From a virus (Duplodnaviria; Caudoviricetes), in IMG/VR virus record IMGVR_UViG_3300005805_004810, positions 1-40,447 of that record: a stretch of 40,447 bases of DNA. One strand, 5' to 3'. Position numbers and translations under genes: made by a program. This document shows, one piece after another, positions 17,159 through 25,779 of the stretch. The notes under the pieces are model-generated. The model ran no database searches. It saw only the letters and a list, made by a program, of their open reading frames with translations, and was not told the origin of the DNA. Each line of letters begins with the position of its first letter. Position 1 is the first letter of the stretch.

Positions 17159-17398
17159 ATGGCAACAACAAAGACCAGGACAACAACCACAACAACCACT
17201 AGGAGTCAACAGCAGAGACTGTTCAACTACCTACGTAGGAACGGTAAGATCACTGCAAAACAAGCTGAGAAAATGTTCGGAACAAAGAATCTCCGTGCAC
17301 GTATCACAAATCTCAGAGAGCAGGGATGGGAAATCGAATCAGTTCGCAACCCAAGAAATCCACGCACAGTAACGTATGTGGTAACTTCTACTAACTAA
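17159..17398 (+). CDS. winged-HTH DNA-binding protein
   Basis: QQQRLFNYLRRNGKITAKQAEKMFGTKNLRARITNLREQGWEI. Confidence 0.8.
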   Translation: MATTKTRTTTTTTTRSQQQRLFNYLRRNGKITAKQAEKMFGTKNLRARITNLREQGWEIESVRNPRNPRTVTYVVTSTN

Positions 17399-17404
17399 AA
17401 AAAA

Positions 17405-17434
17405 GCCAGGGGGAGAAATCCCTCTGGCATTTTA
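17405..17434 (+). terminator. intrinsic terminator (possibly bidirectional)
   Basis: GCCAGGGGGA-GAAA-TCCCTCTGGC flanked by an A-run and ATTTT. Confidence 0.75.
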
Positions 17435-17449
17435 TCTAAACAATTGAAT

Positions 17450-17662
17450 ATGAAGCCTACAGATCGCCAGGAAGGTGGAACACACTATAAGAAGTATTCT
17501 ATACAGCCTATAGAATTTATCCACAAAAATAACATTCCCTTTATAGAGGCTAACGTTATAAAATACGTTATGAGGCACAAGGAAAAGAATGGCCTAGAAG
17601 ATTTAAAGAAGGCGAAGCATTATATTGACCTGCTGATTGAGCTGGAATACAGTGGCGAATAA
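17450..17662 (+). CDS. DUF3310 (SaV/T7 gp1.7-like) protein
   Basis: GGTHYK..IQPIEFI....F.EANVIKYVMRH..KNGLEDLKKAKHYID. Confidence 0.85.
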   Translation: MKPTDRQEGGTHYKKYSIQPIEFIHKNNIPFIEANVIKYVMRHKEKNGLEDLKKAKHYIDLLIELEYSGE

Positions 17663-17690
17663 TATTGCTGCCACTCTATATTTATTGTAT

Positions 17691-17891
17691 ATGTCAGTAC
17701 CAGAGCATACTAAACTGTTTGGCTTTGATATATTCAAAGAGATAGAGTCTGAGATCAAGGATGTCAAGGACATCTTCATGCATTCAAACAGTAGAGATTC
17801 TTATAACGCTATTGTAGACTTGTGTATAGAAGCACTGAGAAGGGTAGAAGATAGAAAAAGAGAATTATTAGAAAACGAATTTTGGGATTAA
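17691..17891 (+). CDS. hypothetical protein
   Basis: ATG 17691 just after the ATATTTAT motif. Confidence 0.6.
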   Translation: MSVPEHTKLFGFDIFKEIESEIKDVKDIFMHSNSRDSYNAIVDLCIEALRRVEDRKRELLENEFWD

Positions 17892-17913
17892 CTCCCACAA
17901 ATAAAACCCATTT

Positions 17914-19119
17914 ATGCCACAAAAAAGAAAAGCTGTAGACGTTCGTGAAAGAAACGAACAAATCAAAAAACATCTGATCGACAACCCAGAAAAACTAAAT
18001 CGAGACTACACTGAGACTGCTAACCTCTTCAACGTAACTGCGGAGATAGTACGTCACATTGCACGCCACATCAGATCTAAAGTAAAGAATGCTCCTGAAA
18101 AAGATGCTCCTCTAGAAATCAATGAATTGGTTTTGATGAGAAGGGAGCAAGCAGAAATCACCAGCCTTAAAAAACAATTAGATAGTGTAGTGAAAGAGTA
18201 TCAGAAACTCTCTGAGGCTTATGACATTGCACTTAATCTAAAGACCTCTAATGTAAACGTGAATGTTCCTATCATTGATTTGAAATCAAAATCACCTAAC
18301 GAAGCTACTGCTATCGTTCAAATCAGTGACGGACACTTTGGAAAAGTAATCCTTCCATCTACTGTAAATGGTCTGAATGAATACAATCCAGACATTGCTA
18401 AGAAAAGAATGGATACTTGTGCATCCAACACGATGAAGCTGATAAAGAAAGAAAGGGGCGATGTAAACATCGAAAACTTGGTATTGGTACTCGGAGGAGA
18501 CTTCCTAGAGAATAGCCAGTTGCATCACCACAGTGAGATGACAACCAGTATGTCTCCAATGGAAGAAACCTTATTTGCAAGAGAAGTTCTTCACAAATAC
18601 ATTAAGACTGTATGTGAATACGGAAACTTCAAGAAGATTGTAATTGCTTGTACGAGAGGTAATCATGCCCGCATCACGCATAGAATGATTGCGTCTGTCG
18701 ATTATAGAATGAACTATGAGACCATCCTCTATAGCATATTGAAGGATGATTTCAGGGCTGAGAATATTGAGTGGGCTATCCCAGACTCAGAAGTTGCGGA
18801 GGTAGATGTATACGGGAATACTTTGAGAGTTGTACATGGCCACCAGATTAAATTCCAAGGAGGTGTAGGAGGATTAACTGTTCCTTTGAATAAGTACATT
18901 ATGAGAATGGATCAGATCAATAAAGCGTTCTATAACTTCGTACACCACTATCACAATCTCAGCTACCCTACTGTTCGCACTACAGTAAACGGATCTATCG
19001 TAGGATACGATCCCTACGCTATGAGTATTGGATGTACATATGAACCTCCAATGCAATCATTCCAGCTATTGGATTCTAGAAGAGGTATGACAATTAAAGC
19101 TCCTATATTCTGTGACTAA
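17914..19119 (+). CDS. calcineurin-like metallophosphoesterase with N-terminal HTH/coiled coil
   Basis: SDGH, GGD, GNH, HGH, HYH motifs. Confidence 0.85.
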   Translation: MPQKRKAVDVRERNEQIKKHLIDNPEKLNRDYTETANLFNVTAEIVRHIARHIRSKVKNAPEKDAPLEINELVLMRREQAEITSLKKQLDSVVKEYQKLSEAYDIALNLKTSNVNVNVPIIDLKSKSPNEATAIVQISDGHFGKVILPSTVNGLNEYNPDIAKKRMDTCASNTMKLIKKERGDVNIENLVLVLGGDFLENSQLHHHSEMTTSMSPMEETLFAREVLHKYIKTVCEYGNFKKIVIACTRGNHARITHRMIASVDYRMNYETILYSILKDDFRAENIEWAIPDSEVAEVDVYGNTLRVVHGHQIKFQGGVGGLTVPLNKYIMRMDQINKAFYNFVHHYHNLSYPTVRTTVNGSIVGYDPYAMSIGCTYEPPMQSFQLLDSRRGMTIKAPIFCD

Positions 19120-19133
19120 ATAAAACAAATGTT

Positions 19134-19391
19134 ATGAGCGACCTACTTCAGGCTTTAATAGAAACCCACCCAGAGGATGATTTTCTCGTTGCAGATGGAT
19201 TCGATGAGGCAGTCATTGGATATCACCAACAGTCAGAGAGGCTGATATACTCTGTAAAAAAATGCATAGAGATACTTGTGAATCAGGGGATGACTGTACA
19301 GGATGCTTTGGAATACTTCTACTTTAATGTGGAGGGGGCATACGTTGGAGAGAAGACTCCTATTTGGTGTGACGATAACTACGAATTTTAA
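19134..19391 (+). CDS. conserved phage hypothetical protein
   Basis: ADGFDEAVIG...A.EYF.FNV.GAYVGE.TP motif. Confidence 0.8.
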   Translation: MSDLLQALIETHPEDDFLVADGFDEAVIGYHQQSERLIYSVKKCIEILVNQGMTVQDALEYFYFNVEGAYVGEKTPIWCDDNYEF

Positions 19392-19400
19392 ACTACAAAT

Positions 19401-19523
19401 ATGATAGGATTATTTATTTTGTCTGTAGCAATTAACTTAGCTTTCCTCTGGCTTTTCGCAGGAGGGTATGAATATATTGCTAAATGGGGGGAGGGGCTAA
19501 AAGATAAACTGAAGCGGAAATAA
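19401..19523 (+). CDS. small TM protein (40 aa, not in ORF track)
   Basis: MIGLFILSVAINLAFLWLFAGG...KLKRK*. Confidence 0.55.
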   Translation: MIGLFILSVAINLAFLWLFAGGYEYIAKWGEGLKDKLKRK

Positions 19524-19533
19524 ACTTTTTGAC

Positions 19534-19598
19534 CCTAAAATCAAAAAAGGCAAATTTCGTTTGCGTACAGATTTTGCCAGAAACTTTGATTTTTTAGG
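19534..19598. repeat. imperfect inverted repeat in intergenic gap
   Basis: CCTAAAATCAAA..GGCAAA / TTTGCC..TTTGATTTTTTAGG. Confidence 0.5.
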
Positions 19599-19643
19599 AT
19601 TTACTAAGGATTTTCTACAGACAGTCTATAAAGCTATTACAGC

Positions 19644-20048
19644 ATGAATAAAGACAAAAGATACCAATTGGGGAACTATGTAGGGGATTGGAAAGATATC
19701 CTCGTAATGGTCAAGGAAATAAGCGAGAGAGGCATTGTGGGGGAGTACGAGGACGGAGTGGTAAAAGAAATACCCTGGCAGGATGTAAAGCCTCTAGATA
19801 TAACGGTGGACTTACTGAAGCAGATTGGTTTTGGGATGATCAAAAACAAAGAACACCACTACCACCGAGAGGTAGTAATGGCTACGATCATAAACGGAAA
19901 GCACTATAACTGTAAGGGGATACTATTTGAAGATCACAGTCTGTGGGTAATCTCTGGAATATCTGTAAGATATTTCCATCAAGTGCAGAACATCATGAGT
20001 ATTCTGGAACCTACCATAGATCTTCGGGTCCACTATATTCCCCAATGA
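19644..20048 (+). CDS. hypothetical phage protein
   Basis: YQLGNYV...VKPLDITVDLLKQIGF...RYFHQVQNI pattern. Confidence 0.7.
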   Translation: MNKDKRYQLGNYVGDWKDILVMVKEISERGIVGEYEDGVVKEIPWQDVKPLDITVDLLKQIGFGMIKNKEHHYHREVVMATIINGKHYNCKGILFEDHSLWVISGISVRYFHQVQNIMSILEPTIDLRVHYIPQ

Positions 20049-20175
20049 TGTGCTTCCTCCACCACTTCTTAAGGGAGGACTCCTCGGATAGTTTATCTAT
20101 AAATTTGTATTCGATTACAAATACTGCTGTGGTTAAAAGAGCCAACGTGATGTAAGCGATTAGTACCCATTTCAT
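20011..20175 (-). CDS. small membrane protein
   Basis: MKWVLIAYITLALL...KKWWRKHII; last gene of the - block. Confidence 0.6.
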   Translation of the reverse strand: MKWVLIAYITLALLTTAVFVIEYKFIDKLSEESSLKKWWRKHIIGEYSGPEDLW

Positions 20176-20185
20176 ATGTGCTAGT

Positions 20186-20833
20186 TTAAATGTTAGACCA
20201 ATAGTTGATATCAAATAGATTGTCACAAATCTCTTGTGCGTCTAAGGCACTGATCAATCTAGATCGGTTGTTCACAATGAACCCGGTTCTTTTAAGAAAA
20301 TGAATAATAGATTCCCACCTCTTTCTTATTGGGCCGTAGATTTGTTTGTATGAACAGATAGCCCATGGCCAATCATCTGCTGGTAAATTGCTTTCATCTA
20401 TTATTTTTCTTATTTCTAAGAGCTCCTTAACATGATCGGACAGGGGTTTTTCTAATTTACTTTGAGGAGTAAACATGTAGGCCAACATGGTTACCAGCCT
20501 TACAAAGGTTAGATTGTCCGTAAAAACTCCTCTAGATAATCTACGGTTATGTCCGTAGGATTTAGTGTCAAGATCAAAGAATGTGTTGAATGGCCATGTA
20601 TACTCAAAGGCACTGTCGTATAAATAGATGTGTACCTTGATGAGAGTATCTGTACCAAACTTCTTATTCTTTACTATCTCTACTCTGCTTCTACCAAAGT
20701 ATCCATTGTCATCCAATAACTTTTGTACAGAGGATATTGTAGGTTTGTATATCCTTCCGAACATAAGTTCATTGATAGAAATTTCATACTTATCACTCTT
20801 GAACTCTTCATTGAGCAAGAAATCTTCATTCAT
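20186..20833 (-). CDS. hypothetical protein
   Basis: 215-aa ORF in the - run. Confidence 0.75.
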   Translation of the reverse strand: MNEDFLLNEEFKSDKYEISINELMFGRIYKPTISSVQKLLDDNGYFGRSRVEIVKNKKFGTDTLIKVHIYLYDSAFEYTWPFNTFFDLDTKSYGHNRRLSRGVFTDNLTFVRLVTMLAYMFTPQSKLEKPLSDHVKELLEIRKIIDESNLPADDWPWAICSYKQIYGPIRKRWESIIHFLKRTGFIVNNRSRLISALDAQEICDNLFDINYWSNI

Positions 20834-20836
20834 ACT

Positions 20837-21157
20837 TTAGTTGAGGTTAATAGCTACACCATCTTTTATTTCGTTTGATACTACAGATACCTCATCAGAT
20901 TCTAGTATTCTAGCTAGATCCATAAGCTTACCAACTTTACGGTAGTCTTCTTTCTGATGAAAATACATGTAACATAATCGAATGTTGAAGATAGTCATTT
21001 CCTCGAACTCTGTGTCGCCATTCTTCAGACTCTTCCCTAGAAAGATGAGGGAATCAAATGAAGATGTCATTTGTTCTTGGAGGTCTTCTCCTGCCTGTTC
21101 CGCTGCAGCTATTATCTCTAGCTGTTCTGTCGGATTGAAATTCAGAACGTTTTTCAT
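20837..21157 (-). CDS. hypothetical protein with UVR-like motif
   Basis: YFHQKEDYRKVGKLMDL. Confidence 0.7.
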   Translation of the reverse strand: MKNVLNFNPTEQLEIIAAAEQAGEDLQEQMTSSFDSLIFLGKSLKNGDTEFEEMTIFNIRLCYMYFHQKEDYRKVGKLMDLARILESDEVSVVSNEIKDGVAINLN

Positions 21158-21177
21158 TTTGATTGTTTGTTTGATTG

Positions 21178-21555
21178 TTATGTAAATATATGCAAAGGTT
21201 TGTAATCATTTTCAATAATTTCTCCAGTAGTTTTTAACACTTGTGAATACCACTTAATGTATTCTATCTGCACCTTAGATATTTTCCACTCGTTATCCAC
21301 AACACTTCTAAGAATGTTACATATCTTATTCACTAGGAATGTTCTAAACTCATCTATAGACTTGTCACCTTTAAGGCTATTACATCTCCTACAGGCGAAT
21401 ACTTTATTGTTGACTAGGGTGTTCCCTTCGGATATTGGTAAAAAATGATCCCTGGTGATGTCAGAAAAGGCAAACTTCCTCTTACAGTAATAGCAGCATT
21501 CGCCCTGTGCTACATACTGGTCATGGATTTGTTTGTTAAATTTTCTTTTGTTCAT
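21178..21555 (-). CDS. HNH endonuclease
   Basis: CYYC...TRDHFLPISEG...NKVFACRRCNSLKG. Confidence 0.85.
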   Translation of the reverse strand: MNKRKFNKQIHDQYVAQGECCYYCKRKFAFSDITRDHFLPISEGNTLVNNKVFACRRCNSLKGDKSIDEFRTFLVNKICNILRSVVDNEWKISKVQIEYIKWYSQVLKTTGEIIENDYKPLHIFT

Positions 21556-21597
21556 CGGAAATCTGTCGAATTAGTACTGTATATTTTACAACTTTTG

Positions 21598-21828
21598 TTA
21601 AATTTTAGGAGCTTTATCGGACACTACTACTATCTCCCCATTGTTATGTGCTGGGGTATAGTACTCAAAGTTATGACTATCCAGAACACTTTCTGTTAAA
21701 GATTTCATAAAAGTAGAGTTCCCCGTTATGATCCTGACAGGGAGTTCCTTTGAGTTTAGTAGTATGAAGTTCTCCACTTCTCCTGTTACTTGGTAGTGGT
21801 ACAGTCCATGTAAGTCTAGCTCTTTCAT
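21598..21828 (-). CDS. stand-alone Smr-domain protein
   Basis: LDLHGL...VRIITGNS...NNGEIVV. Confidence 0.8.
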   Translation of the reverse strand: MKELDLHGLYHYQVTGEVENFILLNSKELPVRIITGNSTFMKSLTESVLDSHNFEYYTPAHNNGEIVVVSDKAPKI

Positions 21829-21831
21829 AGT

Positions 21832-22098
21832 TTAATTGTCAGCTTTATCCTGACTTGATTGATATTTTTCATTATAGTATAACTCCCCTAATGTAGGATA
21901 TCTGTTATTATCATAGATTAAAATATGGTCAGCTGCTTTTATTATCTGCTCTTTCTCCATTGCTTTGGCTTGTTCAAATAGTTTTGTGGGATTGAGCTTT
22001 AGTATGGTAGCGTCTTCATTTTTTCTCCTACCGTCTAATTCTTTATCCGTTTTTATTAACTGCTCAATCAACCATTCTACTGCTGTTTGTTGTGCCAT
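21832..22098 (-). CDS. QTAVEWL-family small phage protein
   Basis: MAQQTAVEWL...FEQAKAMEKEQII; paralog at 22542. Confidence 0.75.
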   Translation of the reverse strand: MAQQTAVEWLIEQLIKTDKELDGRRKNEDATILKLNPTKLFEQAKAMEKEQIIKAADHILIYDNNRYPTLGELYYNEKYQSSQDKADN

Positions 22099-22101
22099 AG
22101 T

Positions 22102-22191
22102 TTATTTGTTTTTGTATATAGCTCTCACTATTATGAAGGACAGTACAAATGCATTGAAGACTAATGTGATTAATATTATTTCTTGTGACAT
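22102..22191 (-). CDS. 29-aa TM peptide (not in ORF track)
   Basis: MSQEIILITLVFNAFVLSFIIVRAIYKNK*; fills the gap exactly and shares the TAAACTATG junction. Confidence 0.6.
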   Translation of the reverse strand: MSQEIILITLVFNAFVLSFIIVRAIYKNK

Positions 22192-22194
22192 AGT

Positions 22195-22545
22195 TTATTT
22201 ATTAAAGCTCTCTCTAAGTCCTGTTACTATCTTGAAGTAGTTATACATCTTCTCTACATTAAAATACGCTATGTCTTTTATATCATTCTCAAACTTTCCT
22301 TCCTTGATTATATACCAAAATCTATCGTATAGTCTATATCCACAAAGCTCGTATTCATGTTTATGTCCTCTCTTAAATCTATTTCTCCGTATGCCAAACA
22401 TATCTTCTTCTAGTAAGACTATAAGGGTAGCAGCAGTTGTTTCATAGTGACTCGCATCAGTTAGATCATTTGGAAGATCTTGGGTGATCATCTGAAAAGC
22501 AGAGAATATATCGTTTAGTATATCTATTTGTTCGTCCCTTGTCAT
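22195..22545 (-). CDS. hypothetical protein
   Basis: ORF in the - run. Confidence 0.7.
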   Translation of the reverse strand: MTRDEQIDILNDIFSAFQMITQDLPNDLTDASHYETTAATLIVLLEEDMFGIRRNRFKRGHKHEYELCGYRLYDRFWYIIKEGKFENDIKDIAYFNVEKMYNYFKIVTGLRESFNK

Positions 22546-22736
22546 GAGTTATATGTTTCATTGTAGTATTGTTCTGCTCCAATATTGTCATCACCGTTAC
22601 AATATGCTTCTATTATCTGTTCTTTCTCCATTGCTTTGGCTTGTTCGATCTCCTCACTGCATTCATTAAGTATAGCGTTTCTAAATCTATTAGGCAGGTT
22701 TTCTATGAACCAGTCTAATGCTGTTTCTTGTGCCAT
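22542..22736 (-). CDS. QTAVEWL-family small phage protein
   Basis: MAQETALDWF...EQAKAMEKEQIIEAY...AEQYYNETY. Confidence 0.75.
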   Translation of the reverse strand: MAQETALDWFIENLPNRFRNAILNECSEEIEQAKAMEKEQIIEAYCNGDDNIGAEQYYNETYNS

Positions 22737-22739
22737 AGT

Positions 22740-23024
22740 TTATCTATTGAAATTACTATAGGTTAATCCCCACATTAAATTAATCCAGCCCGCTGCCCTC
22801 TCAGCCCTATCTTTAGTGTATCTACGTTCCTTTTTTAAAAACTCTACAACCCAAGTTTTCCACTCCTCCCCTTGTTCTACAGTCATATTCCAGTCTGCGT
22901 ACCAACTATCCTTCCTATCCTTTATTTCACTGTACGTAACGTTATGACCAGCGATCTCAAACATTTTATTTATAATCGCCTCTGTTAATTCTTCGTCGGT
23001 TATTCTTTTTTTTCTAGTAGCCAT
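22740..23024 (-). CDS. hypothetical protein
   Basis: Likely start MATRKKR; Trp-rich, ends LMWGL. Confidence 0.7.
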   Translation of the reverse strand: MATRKKRITDEELTEAIINKMFEIAGHNVTYSEIKDRKDSWYADWNMTVEQGEEWKTWVVEFLKKERRYTKDRAERAAGWINLMWGLTYSNFNR

Positions 23025-23209
23025 TCTATACTGTTTAATTGATTCCATATACCCTGTGCATTCTCTCCCCAATAGAAATCACACTTGCCATCTTTGATAG
23101 GAGGTTCGATAAAATATAACTGCCCAAGTTCTTCAAACTTTGCTGTATACCTATAGCAGCTTTCTTTGAATGGACAGTCTTTTCCACTACACATTGTTAT
23201 GTCACTCAT
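23000..23209 (-). CDS. small Cys-rich phage protein
   Basis: MSDITMCSGKDCPFKESCYRY...CDFYW. Confidence 0.7.
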   Translation of the reverse strand: MSDITMCSGKDCPFKESCYRYTAKFEELGQLYFIEPPIKDGKCDFYWGENAQGIWNQLNSIEWLLEKKE

Positions 23210-23418
23210 AGCTTTTCTATTTCTTGTTTTACTTGATTCCAATAGAAAATTGAAGCACCATAATCTGTAGGGCTATAGACTAATACATTTAATATTTCAT
23301 CTACTGCTATTAATGCACATTGCTTTGCCATTTCCTTTATAGACACTCCCCTTGTAAAGTCTCTGGATAGATTGTCGTATAGGTTATACAACTCTAATGC
23401 TTTTTCTTTTGGTGTCAT
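23206..23418 (-). CDS. MTPKEKA-family small phage protein
   Basis: MTPKEKALEL...AKQCALIAVDEIL...YWNQVKQEIEKL. Confidence 0.75.
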   Translation of the reverse strand: MTPKEKALELYNLYDNLSRDFTRGVSIKEMAKQCALIAVDEILNVLVYSPTDYGASIFYWNQVKQEIEKL

Positions 23419-23421
23419 ATA

Positions 23422-23664
23422 TTACTTCTTTATGTTGTAGAATATATTCAACCAACCATTCGTCATCTTGTCAATGTTTTTAAAAACAGGAATCCCTACA
23501 AAAATAACAGCAACTATTGTATTAATTACTGGTATTAAAGTAAAAAATAGATCCATCATACTTGGCTCAGAATCATCCCAATATCCTCCTTTTGAGTAGA
23601 GAGTAGAAAAAGATTTCCAAGTTACAAATGCACTGATTAAGTAAACCGTTAAAAAAATTATCAT
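23422..23664 (-). CDS. small membrane protein
   Basis: Two hydrophobic segments, IPVINTI. Confidence 0.65.
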   Translation of the reverse strand: MIIFLTVYLISAFVTWKSFSTLYSKGGYWDDSEPSMMDLFFTLIPVINTIVAVIFVGIPVFKNIDKMTNGWLNIFYNIKK

Positions 23665-23669
23665 AGCTT

Positions 23670-24362
23670 TTATATTTCTAATATGTTACCATAAGAAGAT
23701 AGGCCCAAATCAAACTTACCATCATATACACAAGCTGCATTAGAGAACACAGTCTTGGTATGAGAATAGTGTGCTACTCCTTGATTTGTATCTATCCCAT
23801 TCATGTTGTGAATGTGTCCAAAGCAAACTAGCTTTAGAGTGTCCTTGAGAGCCCAGCATCTCTTCATTAGAGACAGATCTCCGCACATCTCTAGATTTCC
23901 CTCTCTGTCAAAACTGAGGTCTCTAACGCCCTTAGGAGGGCCGTGTACGATGAGTACGTCTGTGTCATCTGGAATCATCTGCCATACCGCATGGGTTTTA
24001 TCCCTAGCCTTCATGAATGACCATTGTCCAAACGTAGGAGTAATTGGACTACCCCAGAACTTTATTCCATCTATAGTAGTCCCAGCATTCTCCAGATATA
24101 TTATACCCGCTTCTGCAAAATCTCCTGGAGTAACTATCCTACGTTCTATGCTGGTATCATGATTACCTGCTACGTATATCTTATTCTTTACTGGAACGTT
24201 CTTATACCATTCTATGAAGTCCAGTACTTCATTGTTATTCGTGTAAGAGTCTCTATAGTTAGAACAGTCTCCACTGTGTACAACTACATCTATTCCCTGA
24301 AATCTTTCATCAGGGAACATACCGTGAAACCCATGAGTATCGGAGATGTGAAGTATCCGCAT
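23670..24362 (-). CDS. metallophosphoesterase (MPPED/239FB-like)
   Basis: ISDTH, HSGD, AGNHD, VHGPP, FGHIH. Confidence 0.9.
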   Translation of the reverse strand: MRILHISDTHGFHGMFPDERFQGIDVVVHSGDCSNYRDSYTNNNEVLDFIEWYKNVPVKNKIYVAGNHDTSIERRIVTPGDFAEAGIIYLENAGTTIDGIKFWGSPITPTFGQWSFMKARDKTHAVWQMIPDDTDVLIVHGPPKGVRDLSFDREGNLEMCGDLSLMKRCWALKDTLKLVCFGHIHNMNGIDTNQGVAHYSHTKTVFSNAACVYDGKFDLGLSSYGNILEI

Positions 24363-24382
24363 ATATTTTATATATAAATATA

Positions 24383-25357
24383 TTATACCATAGCAGCAGC
24401 TAGATCGAATGCTTTAGATACTTTCTCATTTGCGTATCCATAAGTAATATCTTTCATCCTTTGATCTGCATTCTTATAGTCTTTCATGTGAGTATAGAAG
24501 CCAGAAATACCATTGTAAACTCCCCACAGTGTTCTGTAGGCAGCCTCAGTAGTTTGTGTGGGATGAGATACTGTGAATGAATATACTTGATCTAAAAGGT
24601 TCTTCATTCTTGTAGATGCTTCTTTATCTGTCTCCTTGGTTTCATTCTTCATTACAGTTTCAATGAAGTGTTTGATCTCTAGATCAGATAGCTTTTTAGT
24701 TGTCATGTTTTCGAAGATAGTATTAACTTCTGTCATGTACTTAGAAGCTATTCCCATAAGCCTAGAAGCTTCTTTCAATCTACTCTCAGCAGATGCCGTG
24801 TGAGATATGCTTACCTTATTGTCTAGCCCTCCTTTAAGAGCCGCAGTAAGTGTGTTGTTACATACTACTCTAATAGGAGTAAAGCCTGCGATGATAGTAG
24901 TAGAACCATCATGAGAGTTTGTCAACATGATATACTTCTCAACTCTTTCTCCTTTAACTAGCATATCCTCTGGGAGCTTCGCAGTAATGAAGATTCTTTC
25001 TCCCTTACCTAACGCACCAGCAGTTTCAAAGATTGCTTCTCCTTGATCGATAATAGAATCAAAGAAGCTGAAAGCATCCCTGTTCTGTACGATACGGTAC
25101 CTGGTCTTTACAACACCGAGAACCTGATCTGTGTCTGTTCTAACGTTGCTGAAATAGTTTGGTACCTCCACATACTGGTTGCCCTTCGCAGGTGCAAACA
25201 AAGGTCTCTTCTCTACTAGATAGTCTAACCCACCTAGTTTAATTGCTTGTTCAGAAGTCATTGCTTCTGATACATACTGTCCTAGTCCATGCCAAGCTTT
25301 CTCGCCCTTTGCAGCAAAAGACCATTGACCGTTGTTGAAATTCAGGTTGTGTGCCAT
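24383..25357 (-). CDS. DUF932 phage/plasmid protein
   Basis: AWHGLG, Y.IVQN.DAF.FFD, ETAGAL..G, NSHDGS, TPIRVVCNNTL. Confidence 0.85.
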   Translation of the reverse strand: MAHNLNFNNGQWSFAAKGEKAWHGLGQYVSEAMTSEQAIKLGGLDYLVEKRPLFAPAKGNQYVEVPNYFSNVRTDTDQVLGVVKTRYRIVQNRDAFSFFDSIIDQGEAIFETAGALGKGERIFITAKLPEDMLVKGERVEKYIMLTNSHDGSTTIIAGFTPIRVVCNNTLTAALKGGLDNKVSISHTASAESRLKEASRLMGIASKYMTEVNTIFENMTTKKLSDLEIKHFIETVMKNETKETDKEASTRMKNLLDQVYSFTVSHPTQTTEAAYRTLWGVYNGISGFYTHMKDYKNADQRMKDITYGYANEKVSKAFDLAAAMV

Positions 25358-25410
25358 AATTGTTTTTTAGTTTAATTAATTGGTTACAGATGGAAAATCT
25401 TATTTCATTA

Positions 25411-25418
25411 CAAATATA
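25411..25418 (-). promoter_or_regulatory. Bacteroidota -7 element upstream of the DUF932 gene
   Basis: TATATTTG on the - strand in an AT-rich gap; -33 element not clear. Confidence 0.5.
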
Positions 25419-25448
25419 ATGAAAGTTTTATTACAGATAAAATAAATT

Positions 25449-25712
25449 TTAGATAACTGGGAGTATCCATTCGTCATCTCCCTCTTTCACATAGTGGATA
25501 GCTCCTGCATCATTACCCTCGTCGTCTGTGGATGGGTACAGCAGAGTGCCATCATCTAGCCTGATAATCAATCCTTTATGGTAGAATCCTGTGGACTCTA
25601 GCTCTTGGTCTACCATATACCTAACACCTGTGATCTTTCTACCTAATAAAACAGACTGGGCTTTCTTATTCCATCTGTCTAGGATTTCTTTGTCGTTGCT
25701 TAGTCTTGACAT
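25449..25712 (-). CDS. conserved hypothetical protein
   Basis: LDDGT.LYPS.DDEGNDAGAI motif. Confidence 0.75.
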   Translation of the reverse strand: MSRLSNDKEILDRWNKKAQSVLLGRKITGVRYMVDQELESTGFYHKGLIIRLDDGTLLYPSTDDEGNDAGAIHYVKEGDDEWILPVI

Positions 25713-25747
25713 TTTAATTGTTTTTATGGTGAATTAATGTAGCAAAT

Positions 25748-25779
25748 AAAAAAACCCGCCAACGTAAAGACGTAGCGGG
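25748..25779 (-). terminator. intrinsic terminator
   Basis: On -: CCCGCTACGT-CTTT-ACGTTGGCGGG followed by T7. Confidence 0.8.

Larger units (their letters stand above)
21940..22646. repeat. 36-nt direct repeat (21940-21975 and 22611-22646, one mismatch)
   Basis: TATTATCTG(C/T)TCTTTCTCCATTGCTTTGGCTTGTTC encodes EQAKAMEKEQII in both paralogs. Confidence 0.85.
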
